DNA from: Phoronis australis
Lineage: Eukaryota; Animalia; Phoronida
Direction of reading: 5' to 3'
Assembly: GCA_002633005.1 (NCBI GenBank)
Contig: NMRA01000066.1
Span: 248,001 to 312,000 of the forward strand
DNA length: 64,000 nt
Positions 38,701 through 50,700 of the stretch are shown here, in pieces (the first letter of the stretch is position 1; each line of letters starts with the position of its first letter). The notes under the pieces are model-generated. The model did no database searches and was not told the origin of the DNA. It saw nothing but the letters and a program-made list of their open reading frames with translations. The position numbers were made by a program, and so were the translations under genes.

Positions 38701-41700
38701 TTCCCAGGAGCAAACTAGCACTCCTAGTGGCTTCATTGGTAGAAAGCGCGAAAACATGTCGTCTGCCGGAAAGTCCATTGGCCTGACGTTAACCTTGCCT
38801 CTCTAGGTTTGGTCATGCTTATCTCAGTTTCGAGTTAACGAAATTGACACGATGTAAATTTATTTCTGATGTGATGCTGGGTCTTTGGAGTTATGCTTAT
38901 AGCCATACAGTGTGAGTTCTCCTCTTGAAATATGGCTGGTGTCGAGCGATTAAAGACGACTTTAACAAGTTTCCTGAACCCATTCACTACAAGGTGTACT
39001 TGCACGAATACCCCATTATGTTTGAAAACGAGGTGTTGCGTCCAAACTACAGTGGCTATGCTTGTTTGGAAAACGGGCGCTTTCTCGTTGGCGTTGTTAA
39101 AATTGATGCATACAAGAGGCATTGTGTCCTAAACAACAATACGCAACAGTCATATTTGCAGCACCACCAAAGTGTGCAAGTTGTGAATAAATGTCAGTTC
39201 ATTCCTGCTTTCTTTAAGTTGCAAATTTACTGAGTAGTGTAACGGGAAATTGCATTTTTCTGCATCTTGATATTCATGTTTGGGCGCATCGTGCCACTCA
39301 GGGACTAAAACCAATAAGATGTCTAGTGTTTTGTTCATTTAAATTCTTAACATGTTTTAAGCTGCATTTTTGCGTGACTAGTGAGACGTAAAACCAAAAA
39401 AAAAAATGATTTTGTTGGGACCATTGACGGGAATGCCTAATTTGCGACAATATAATGTATTCCGCGTGTACGTGCTGGTGGCGAGTCAGTATTTTCCTCG
39501 CCCCATACTGCGGAGGCGTTCGCGTCTCCAACCTTTCTGACTTTAAACAACTTTCACCGACTGCAAACTATCATTTTATTTCACTTTACTTACCTTAGTC
39601 GGTAAAGGTCATCTCTTTAAAGTCACTATCTCCTTTACTTTCGCCTGCTTAGATCACAAATTGAGCTTTGCCAATCGAAAGATATCACTAAAATTATCTC
39701 TTTTCGTAAATTATAGCCATGTACATACTCTCGTTATTTTACTATTAATTGTTTTAAATTTATAAAAAGTGAGCGGACCTTCAGCCAAACCTCATTATTT
39801 ATGCGGGGTTGCCAGTGGAGAGATTACCCATAATGCACACGAATCAGCTGACGGAAGATAAACATGTCAAGCAGCGGTCGAGGTGAGTTAGGTGTTTTGG
39901 GACTTCTTGTCAGCTAAACAAGAAATCAGAATGTACAAATATTTGGAAATCACAGCTTAATTCTTACTAGTAAACAACAACATTAATTTGTTCTGAACCT
40001 CGGTTCTCTCATCTATTTCTGTCGCTATCCCGAGTCATTCGAAGTCGACGTATCCGTGTATTTGTCTATGCCTATTATTACATAATATACAGGCTACAGT
40101 CTCGTGAGTTGTGTTCAGTTTTAAACCTGCAATCGAGTCTTAGTGATTCATGACTTCGTCGAGCTTGGTTGTTAACGTTTCCTCTTCTGGGAGATTATGT
40201 ACAACTCGGAGATGCACGATATCAGTTGCTTACAAGTTTCCTGCGTGACACTGTGATGTTCAATTTCCAGGCCCTGGGACTGCATGGGCAAGTGTGGTTT
40301 ACGATTGAATGCGAGAACCCAGCCCGAAAAATTGGGATGCTCGAATTTCTGGTCCTCGTACTACAAAGCTAACAGTGGACTAAAAAAAACAAAAAAATGA
40401 GAAGGCGTTTACGCAGGTCCCCTGATACGATCGGGTCCGAGCCCCCCCCCCACAGCCACATGTTTTAACTTAAAAGTACTGAGATTAATTAGTGGACTCG
40501 ATATTTCCTCGCGCTCTCTTGCCGTTTTGCTTCTTTTGCGACAGCCAAGGGGGGGGGGGGCGGCCCCCTGTCCCCCCCTAAATCCACCTATGAATTAATC
40601 CAAAACCCAATCCTAAACCAGTAGATGATTTCCAATCTGATAGTCATACAGTGGTTGTCTTTGTACTTGTTGGCAAATAAATCCTACAACAATACAAACA
40701 AAAGTTATAAAAATTGTTCTCATTACTGTGAATGTTGTCACTGAATTACTCTCACTTTAGGGTCGAATCAGTCGCATGAATAAAAGAAGGAATTGAGAGA
40801 CCTAATGTTGGATGTCGCCAAGCAAGACCCCCGCGTCTAGAATTTAGGCTACCAGAGGTCACTTCACTGGATCATTACCCAGCACCATCAGAAGATGCAT
40901 CATGGTGCCCGTGTCACAGGTGTCAAGAAATGCCAACCAGAAATAAAAGTGTGCTGTGGGAAGCAATCTGCTAACTGCGTTTCATTATTACCTGTAAGTA
41001 TTCACTAAACCGTTGTCTAAAAATTTAATCACTACAAAGTTTTTAGTATTGACTACAGACTACATATATCAGTGGGAAACATTTTACAAAATTGTTTAGT
41101 ACTGTTTTGGTCTGCTCTTTTTCATTTTTAAGGTGATTCATATTAATGTCACCAGGACCTCGAAAGACTCCTATAGCTACTTTAGTTTTGAGTCTTCAAC
41201 TAATTTAAACAAATATACAGCCACACAATTCAAATCACTTTTTGAAGAAAAACAAATCTTTGGCCAAGAACTCAAATCAAATCTCAGTAGCAAATCCCAT
41301 CCAAAACCAACCAAATGTCAATTTACAAAAGTATTGGTGAGTTCAGTCTGCAATAATGAAAATAATTCTATACGTTTCGATTGTCCAATATAGGATGTCA
41401 ACCCCAATCAACCAGTTGCTGTTGTATATAATTCATTTACAAGAGACAAATGTTCCTTATCAAATCTACAGTAATGCGAAACCGCACGGTAATATATTTT
41501 ACCAATGCTTTCAGGATTTCCAAGTGTTTTGCCTGGAGAAGGTGTACTTGCCTTCGACAAGCTGCAACGAAATGTGATGACACTGAAGCCAGAGACTGAT
41601 CAGAATGCGTCTAACTGACATCAGGCATACAGAAACTTTATCTTGGGGCAACATGGACATCTTGGAAGACATGTGGACAGAGTTGCACAGTTGTGTTTGG

Positions 41701-44700
41701 ACAAAAATATTCACAGACTTTATTGGGACATACAGGCTACACAAAAATTGTAGCTGAGCACTGAAACCTGCTTGTGCACAATTGTTACTTTGTGAGATGA
41801 AAGCACAACTGTCAGAGTGAACTTTTTATTTCTTAGTCTAGTATAGAAAGTCCATTTGGATTTTAACTTGCAACAAGAACCTAGAGCATTCTTAAATTAG
41901 TTACGGTCATGTAGGGCAACGGCCCCAATTTCGAAAAACCAGTAATGGATTAACTTTTCAAAATAAAGTAAAATACTAAAATCGACTTCCCACCTAGTTC
42001 TCTGCAACAAATTAATGCTCTGTAACCATCGAAAACCCTCAAAACTTGGAGGAAAATTTTCAAAGTCTGCTAAACAGTAAAAGCATGACGTACGCTTTTA
42101 GCAAATTGCATGCAACTGTGGGAAAGGCCACCGACCAAGGAACATAATGTCTAATTTGTGAGATAGGGGTATGAGTTTTTAGTTGATTCCTGCTTTTGTC
42201 TTTCCTGATTAACACCAGTGATGCATTAGCAGGTGACAGAAAGATGATTGGACAAAATTAACAAAACAAGATATCCTTTCAACAGACATAGTCTCCTTGT
42301 TGTTTGGCCATGGCCCATAATCAGAAGTTGCAACATTTTCTGATTTAAAGTTCCATAGCTTTTGCAATGACCAATCACGAGTAATCTGCTACTCATGTAA
42401 CACACCTTACTTACAAGCACAACCTCTAACCCAACAGCATAGCCAGCCAAAATATATATTGTAATGTTCAACACCATCACTCACAAATTCAAGATTTCTA
42501 AATGCAGGTTTTAATATGAATGTGAATTGCCGAAGCAGTAAAACATCACTAAAAACATAATTTTACGTAACAGAGAAGCTTTATGGTGACCCTTGTATAC
42601 AAATATGCCCCTCTCTATGACCCACCTGAAGACAAACCACTGACTACACATTTGGCTGAGAAAATAGTTAAGAATCAAGAAAACTATCCAATGGTAATAC
42701 AAGTTTTAACTTGTAATACCAGTTTAAAAACTGGTATTACCAGTTGTATCTTACTCACCATGTAGAAAGTGTTTCTGTAAATTAAACGCTCCATAAAGAA
42801 ATTGTTTGCACAAAGTTAAGGTTCAGGGCTTGGAATGATCAATGACAGGTGATGTTAAAACTAGGGTCTTTCATAGAGATTTTTGGTATAGAAGTCAAAA
42901 TAATGATCAAAAAAGATACATAAAGAGGAAATTGGAAATACAATAAGAGGAAATCGAAACCAAAAGATAGTAAATCTTCTTAAAAGAGGAAAATAACAAG
43001 CCTTGACAGTTTCCAAATTGACACTACACAAACTGCTCATGGCAGAGTTTGAAGGTCGACGGCCTGACTGAACATGTTAACTTCTGCATAACTGGATGTA
43101 TCCTGACTATAAACCAAACTGTAGTACCAGATGATCCTCTGCAACAAACTAGGGCACATGACTGAATAACACCCAGTTGCCATATCATCTTAAATAACCT
43201 CTGTCAGGCAACTTCTTTCATTGACACATTGACTTCTACTAATGGCAGTCATTCGAAGACGGCAATGTTGTCAGACAACAAGCGGGAGTCATTTTGCTTT
43301 TATTTTCATGGGAGCAGTGCATGTCTGACATGTCTTTTAACCGGGTTTTCACAATCATCAGCTCGCCAGAGCTTTTAAAAGCCTTCACCAGAATAGACAA
43401 CCATCTCCTGCTCTTCTTGTTGAAGATAAGTTGCTCCCCTACAAAGAATAACAATTGTTTCAATGTCAGTGCCAGACACGAAAATGAATGCAGCAGCATT
43501 GATTTACCCTGGAACATGAAGAGTGTGAAACATATGAAACTCTACAAACAATAAGTACATTATGCACCTCTTTCAGTATTTTAGAAACTTTTTCGAAGTC
43601 GTTTCAAACACTGGATATCATGTTTTCGTTATTCAAAATATATAAATATACTACATATAGTTAATTAAGTGATTAGAGTTTCACACATTTCAAGAAGAGA
43701 AAACAATACAAAATAACAGCATTTGTCACAGGGTGGCTGAATTGTTCCCCACCACATATTAGCATTTAGCAGGTGGTTCATACACAATTGAAAGAATAGG
43801 GCGTTCAAAATGAGTTTTCTAATTAATGAAGGCATCCATGACCAATGACTCTTGACTATTTCTATGACCTTAAGTCAAATCGCTGTTATGGTGTGGAATG
43901 TTACTGTGGTCTGTAATAAAGTCTATCCCATCTTACACCATGTCTTAACTTTCTTATTCGGCCAGGACAGTTAGCTTCCAGGGCTGTTGTTAGCTAATAA
44001 AAAATGGTACACTTTACTTGGGCGTCCAAAAGCTAAATAGGGCAACCTACCTAATGTGTCTAAATTTATGTCAGGTTGCGTAGTTGGACACCCTAGATGC
44101 CACCTAGATGAAGGCCTGCACCTGGGGCTGCCGCCCAGGACCGAAGGCCACCCAATGTTCAAAGCTGTGCCACTGCTATGCCTATCAGGATGTGATAGTT
44201 TTNNNNNNNNNNNNNNNNNNNNNNNNNNNNNNNNNNNNNNNNNNNNNNNNNNNNNNNNNNNNNNNNNNNNNNNNNNNNNNNNNNNNNNNNNNNNNNNNNN
44301 NNNNNNNNNNNNNNNNNNNNNNNNNNNNNNNNNNNNNNNNNNNNNNNNNNNNNNNNNNNNNNNNNNNNNNNNNNNNNNNNNNNNNNNNNNNNNNNNNNNN
44401 NNNNNNNNNNNNNNNNNNNNNNNNNNNNNNNNNNNNNNNNNNNNNNNNNNNNNNNNNNNNNNNNNNNNNNNNNNNNNNNNNNNNNNNNNNNNNNNNNNNN
44501 NNNNNNNNNNNNNNNNNNNNNNNNNNNNNNNNNNNNNNNNNNNNNNNNNNNNNNNNNNNNNNNNNNNNNNNNNNNNNNNNNNNNNNNNNNNNNNNNNNNN
44601 NNNNNNNNNNNNNNNNNNNNNNNNNNNNNNNNNNNNNNNNNNNNNNNNNNNNNNNNNNNNNNNNNNNNNNNNNNNNNNNNNNNNNNNNNNNNNNNNNNNN

Positions 44701-47700
44701 NNNNNNNNNNNNNNNNNNNNNNNNNNNNNNNNNNNNNNNNNNNNNNNNNNNNNNNNNNNNNNNNNNNNNNNNNNNNNTAACAGGCTGTATAGACTGTCAG
44801 TCTCTATACACACTGCAAGATGACATGAATTCGGAAAAGAGAGGATTATTAAATGATTATTACTCAAGGATTGCTGTTATGCCTTAGATCACACAATGAC
44901 ACAACAAATCTTAATTGGTTTCAACATCCCTTACCTTGAGTCCCCTTACTTTTACATGAGAAACACTTGTAAATGTGGCTTCTTTGTTTGCTCAAATTAA
45001 TCCACGACACAAGTGGACGAAACCGAGCCCGAGGGCTAAACAAAACAAAAAAAAACAGTAAAATAACGCAAAAAATACTCAGTCAAAGACACCAAGGATT
45101 TTACTACAGGAATATTTTAATGTTGGTGTGCTCTATTATGTACTGTTAGGCAGTAAAATAAATCTACCATAACATTCTGAAAACTTTATGGTTAGCATTG
45201 CTGTAACAAGTGCGCCTCGGAATCCGTTGACGACTTACCTGTCGAGCAAATTCTTTCCTTACTGAGACCGTGCAACAGCCATCTGGGATCACAGATAAGT
45301 CCAGCACCCAAACTGATCTTCATTTCAAACTTTACGGCGGTAATAGTCAACTTGAGGACGATTAGCAAGCCTTTTCAACGGAGGACAACCTAACTTATAC
45401 CGAACGCCTGCCATTACTTGTTTGGTATGCGTGAACTTGAATTTTGCTTAATCTGAAGATCGCGTAAGCGTGAGCTCGTAATTAAACACATTAAAGAAAT
45501 CTTGTGAATATTTTGTCCAATGAGCAAATTTCTGTAATTATTGGTTCCAAAAGCACTTATTTCACCCGTTACCTAATTATAGTAGCTTGAACGTGATTAT
45601 TTGAGTAGGTATTCCGAGTTCACGAAGGCTTGTATACGATCTTGAGATCAACCGAAACTCCAAGTTCATATTCGACACTCGAATCTTCGATTGACACTTC
45701 GTCCAGCATCCATTTATTTCTTGGTGCACCACACAAAATGAAAAATTAAGCTAAAAAAAATCTGTATTAAATTCAGTTCATTATAAAAAAATTCGATGCC
45801 ATGGCGAAGGCTATTATTTGGGCTTAGGTTTCGAATAAAAGTGTTTGCGTAAAGATCCGTTTCATGAAGTTTTTAACAAAAATGAAGCGGAAATAGTGCC
45901 TTTAAATTCAGGAGCACTTAAAAATGCTCTTGGACTTGGTCATATAAAGGTACAACGAAAAATGTCAAAATTAACGAAATTGTTTGAAGGTCTTCACTTC
46001 TGACACTTAACTCTAACTCAGATTACAGCCAACTTAGGTCATGCGAAGAAGAGTGTAAATGTACATGAAATCTTCTAAAACTTAAACTAATATTTGTGAT
46101 TTGTCTGTTCACGTGGAGCATTTTGATCATTTTAGAATGGGAAGCTGGTCAGAAGATAAGTTTCATCCTTTACAACAACTGGAAGCTCTTCCAAACTCCT
46201 TACCAACTGTACGGTAGCTCATCTGGGGATAAACAATGGCTTACATACAGCAAAATTGTCTCGGCCAAAATCAACACAAGATCGGTGAAAGTCGTCCTCG
46301 AAGAACCTCTTGAAGCCACGTTCCTACCACTGAAACGTGTATGTGATAAACAAATGCCTCGTAATCTGTACTTATTCTTCTTTATGCAAGTAACATTTTA
46401 GGTTATTATTAAGTAGGCCGAAACTTCAAATTTTCGGAAATGAAACTTTCAGTAGTGGCGATCAATGATAGTGCAACGGGTAAATGCTGTTATCCCGTTC
46501 AGTTACAAACAGTAACTCGCCATATTAAGAAAAAGAACACCCAGATTCCACACGAACAATTGAATTAAGACCACGGTATTCAAGGATGGCGCTGCCTGAA
46601 ATTTTAAAGATTGTTGGTGGGTTGCTCATTGCACTTGACCAGGGCTCTGTTTCGTGAAAGATGACTTAATGAAATTTGGCCAGTTGGAAACGGAAAAAAG
46701 TTCTCAGCAGTCATATACTCACATCAATATGAAATAACTTTAAGAGGCTGTAAACCCAGATTCGGACGTCAAGTCAACAACTGGTCACAACGTGTTCCTT
46801 ATTGAATGATTTCTGAACTAGGGAAGAAATGGCAGATCGGTAGCGCTTGAGAAAATGCTTTGGGAATTCATCAATATACCAAATTGACCTGCCGTGACAA
46901 GCCAACTTATTGAGCATCATCTCAACCAATTATGAACAGTCAGTTCTTCCTGCATTTAAGGAAACATATTTAATTTTGACAGTTAAGACCAAATTTGTAG
47001 CAGCAAGTGCCTAAATCAAAAGGCGTTTTTTGACGAAAGACTGATTTAACGGTGCTTTAATTAAGAAGCGTTATTTTAAACGAACCACATCATAATTGCA
47101 ACAGTCGATGACAACGATGACCCACCAACGAAGACGATAAACATTACATATGGGGAGATACAGGTACGCTCTTTACTTTGACCGAAAGCTGGTTTGGCGC
47201 CAGTTGTTCTTCCTACAGTGTGAACAACGAGGAAAGGGGTCTTGACTAGACAAGGTGGGAAATTGAGCACTCGATGTTACAGTTATATGCCAGGAGTTTT
47301 AACGGATTGTTCTAAACCCCCTTTGACCCCACAGCCCATGACGAGCTCGTCCCTCGACCCACAGCCCAAACCCCTTTGACCCAGTCTACACAAGATCGAC
47401 TCAATCTGAACATCGAACAAACGCTGACTTGCAGGACCAAAGGGTGGGGCTGTGAGTTCGGGTCCTTTTTCCGTTTTTTGTATTTGCAACTGAGGGAGTC
47501 CATTTGGCAATTTTGAAAGCCAAAAACAAACAAACAAAAAACATCTCGACCAAATCAAATCAGAGACTAACGTTACAAATGTCGTTCCCGGCATATTGTA
47601 ATCTCGCCTGCCCTTCAGTGAATGGCAGATTCAAGCTTCTTTGGGAGAGTGCAAGGAACCGACGAATATGAAATTTCTTCAGTAAGTACAGTTTAAAAAA

Positions 47701-50700
47701 ACAAATTGTTTGCTAAAAAGTATCTCAAAGTTACTTGGAGTATATTGTAGACGACTAGAACAGAACGCAAATAATAAAAATGTGAAATTACACTGTATGT
47801 CCATTCACGTTAACGTAGTACTTTCTCCCTAAGTTTAGTTGAACAGTGACATTGGTAACAGCTCGTGGAACTGTTTTCGTGACAACGATAGCACGCCCAC
47901 AATTCGCGATTTCAAATCAGGTTCTTACGTCACTTTCTGTTTAACCACCTGACTTGAGTCAGAGCAGATTCGCGTGTAGGTAAGTCTTATGGGAAAGTCA
48001 TTAAGCGACGTAATATGTTCGTGGAATGTGTAAAAAGTGCAAAGATAATCTATTGCCTTAGGTGGGTCGTGGAGGTTGTGGGTAAAGGGTTTGTGGGTCG
48101 AGGGGTCGTGGGTCGAGGGGGTCGTATGATCTGGGGGTCGAAGGGGTTTTAGAACAATACAGTTTTAACGTCCAATATAATACATGTTACACATCTTTCC
48201 GTGGGAGCTCCACCATTTTCATGGATTTTTACACTCCGCTTTTAGAGAACCAGCGTGGGTAATATTCCTTTTTACGATAAACTGGCTGGTTTTGGAGTGG
48301 AAAAATAAATCACCCTCTTCAATTGAAATTTAATGACAAACCCTCGAAACTCTTCAAAAGAGGTCTGTTGCAATCCTTCTGTTGAGTCCATAATCCACTA
48401 AGCCAATCCTTTTGCATGAAATTCATAGTAATGTTACCCATACGAAGGAAATTTTGGCGTAAAAGGAACCACACCCAAAATTTCACCGATTATGGGAAGA
48501 TATGCCTTGTTCACTATTGTTAAGCTGACAATTGTTTCTTATTTATTTCTATGTAGCACAAATTTCGTAACGCCTCCATAGTATGCGGTTATTGGGACTA
48601 CGATATTGGAGACTTCAGTCAAGAAGGCTGTTGGTCCAACGGTACAGTAAATGGGCGACATGTTTGCTTGTGTGATCATCTCACAAACTTTGCAGTACTG
48701 TTGGTAAGTTGGCACTTTAAGGATTTGTAGTTTTGCAAGCTAATCTCCAATTAGTGAAAACAAGAATTTAGTCGCTCATCTGCAGCAAACATGTAGCCTA
48801 CTGGAGCTATGTCACTGTGATTGCCATATAGATGTACACTAACCCTGTCGGTTTCATTCTCTCAAGGATGTACACGGGACAACTATTGACGACAGCCACA
48901 AGCTCGCCCTGTCTATCATCAGTATCATCGGACTGTCATTGTCCATTGTAGGACTTCTCTGCACCATTATTACCTTCTTAGCTTTCAGGTGAGTTTGCAA
49001 TTAAAGCTGCATTTTGCTTCCTTTAGCAGGCTAAACATCGAAAATCGAATTGGGCCTTTTATTCCAATAAAATTGGTCTCATAATATTTCCGCTCATTCG
49101 GCAACAAATCAAAATTAAATGAGAATGGTGATGTTTTAAGTCCCAAACCGATTCCGTTAAGAATTCAACATAGCTAAATACGGCGAAATTTAGCTTTAAA
49201 TAACAAATGCCAATACAAAAAGTCCATGCTTGAATACTGATTGAAGCTTGCCAAACATGCCAATGTCAACAATCAACTGTACTGGTCTTGATCAAGGAAA
49301 TGTGCTACGTGGCACTGCATAGGAGATTGTTAAACGGTACTTGAGTGCACGGTACATTGCCCGTGTCTTGTACCAGAGTGTAAAGAGTTGGCGGTTCATG
49401 CTCTATAGTCTGCTACAGACTGATCTAATACATGTAAAACCCATAAGTGTGACAATTAGCAGATGCAAGGTGATGCCAACAACTTCAACTGTTTCCAGGA
49501 AACTTCGCAAAGGCCGTTCTCAGCAGACCCTGTTCAACCTCTCCTTGGCCCTCCTGCTGAGTATGATCGTGTTCTTGGCCGGAGTGGAACAGACAACCAT
49601 CAGAGAAGGCTGTATTACCGTGGCGGTTCTGCTTCATTACTTGATTCTCGTCTCCTTCGCCTGGATGCTGATCGAAGGAATCCTGCAGTATCTAAGATTT
49701 GTCAAGGTGCTCGGAACGTATATACCACGGTTTATGCTGAAGGCATGCCTCCTGGCATGGGGTGAGTAGTGGCGAATTGCCAGTTTCGACTGTTGGATTC
49801 TACGAGGCGAATTATTCAGTCATTGCGCTTCGAAGTTAGTTTCATGAAGAGTGTAGTACCGGTGACTTAATTGAGGGAAGTGGGCGTGGCTACCACAGGA
49901 ACAATCTCTATTCACAACTAAGGACTCAAGACTTATGGACTAGGAGGTAGAGTGTGTTTGTAAAGAGATTTTTTGACAACAAATACAGACGAAAAATACA
50001 TTTTTATCAGTTTCGTTTAAAAGTCTATGTTTTCACGCTAGTGGATATAGATAGGCCAGTTGCTTTGTATTTTGTTGGTGGACTATGTCCATGTACATGT
50101 ATAATTCTTATTTACAGGAATCCCATTGTTGTTCGTTGTAATTCCGGTGGCTGTGAACCCCGACCTGTACGGTGGCAAAGAGTAGTACGTCCTATGCTTT
50201 TAATTTATAATTTTCATTCATATTTTTTATTGATTATTGTCATAATCATTATGCTTCAAATGTTCCTGCGATCGGTGTTTAAACATTTTTAGGAGTTTCG
50301 ATGTGTACTTTATATTTGTTGTATAGCTCTTGTGACCTTGAATTTCGACGTTTTGTTGATTCTTGTCCGAGATATTGGTCTTATTGTTAAGTTGTGTGTA
50401 CATGTTTATTGGTATTGGTCCTCCTCACTTTTCGTTTTATGGTTTCTTCGTAAGTAGCTTGCTGACCAGAACTACGTATTAATACTTGAAATAATCTAAT
50501 CACGAGCGTTCACAAAAGAAGTTAAGTTCAAATTTCCATATGCATAGCTGATTGATTTCTTTCAGTTGTTGGCTCTCGCGTGACCTGTTCTACTACGGCT
50601 TCATGATACCCGTATGTGCCGCCATAGTGGTCAATGCTGTTTTCTTCGTTCTTGTTGTGCGCGCGCTCACCTGTGCTAGAGCCACTCACCTGCAGTCTAA

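Noticed and set aside
43979-44790. Possible hAT MITE starting CAGGGCTG
   Set aside because: Interrupted by an assembly gap; no matching TSD found
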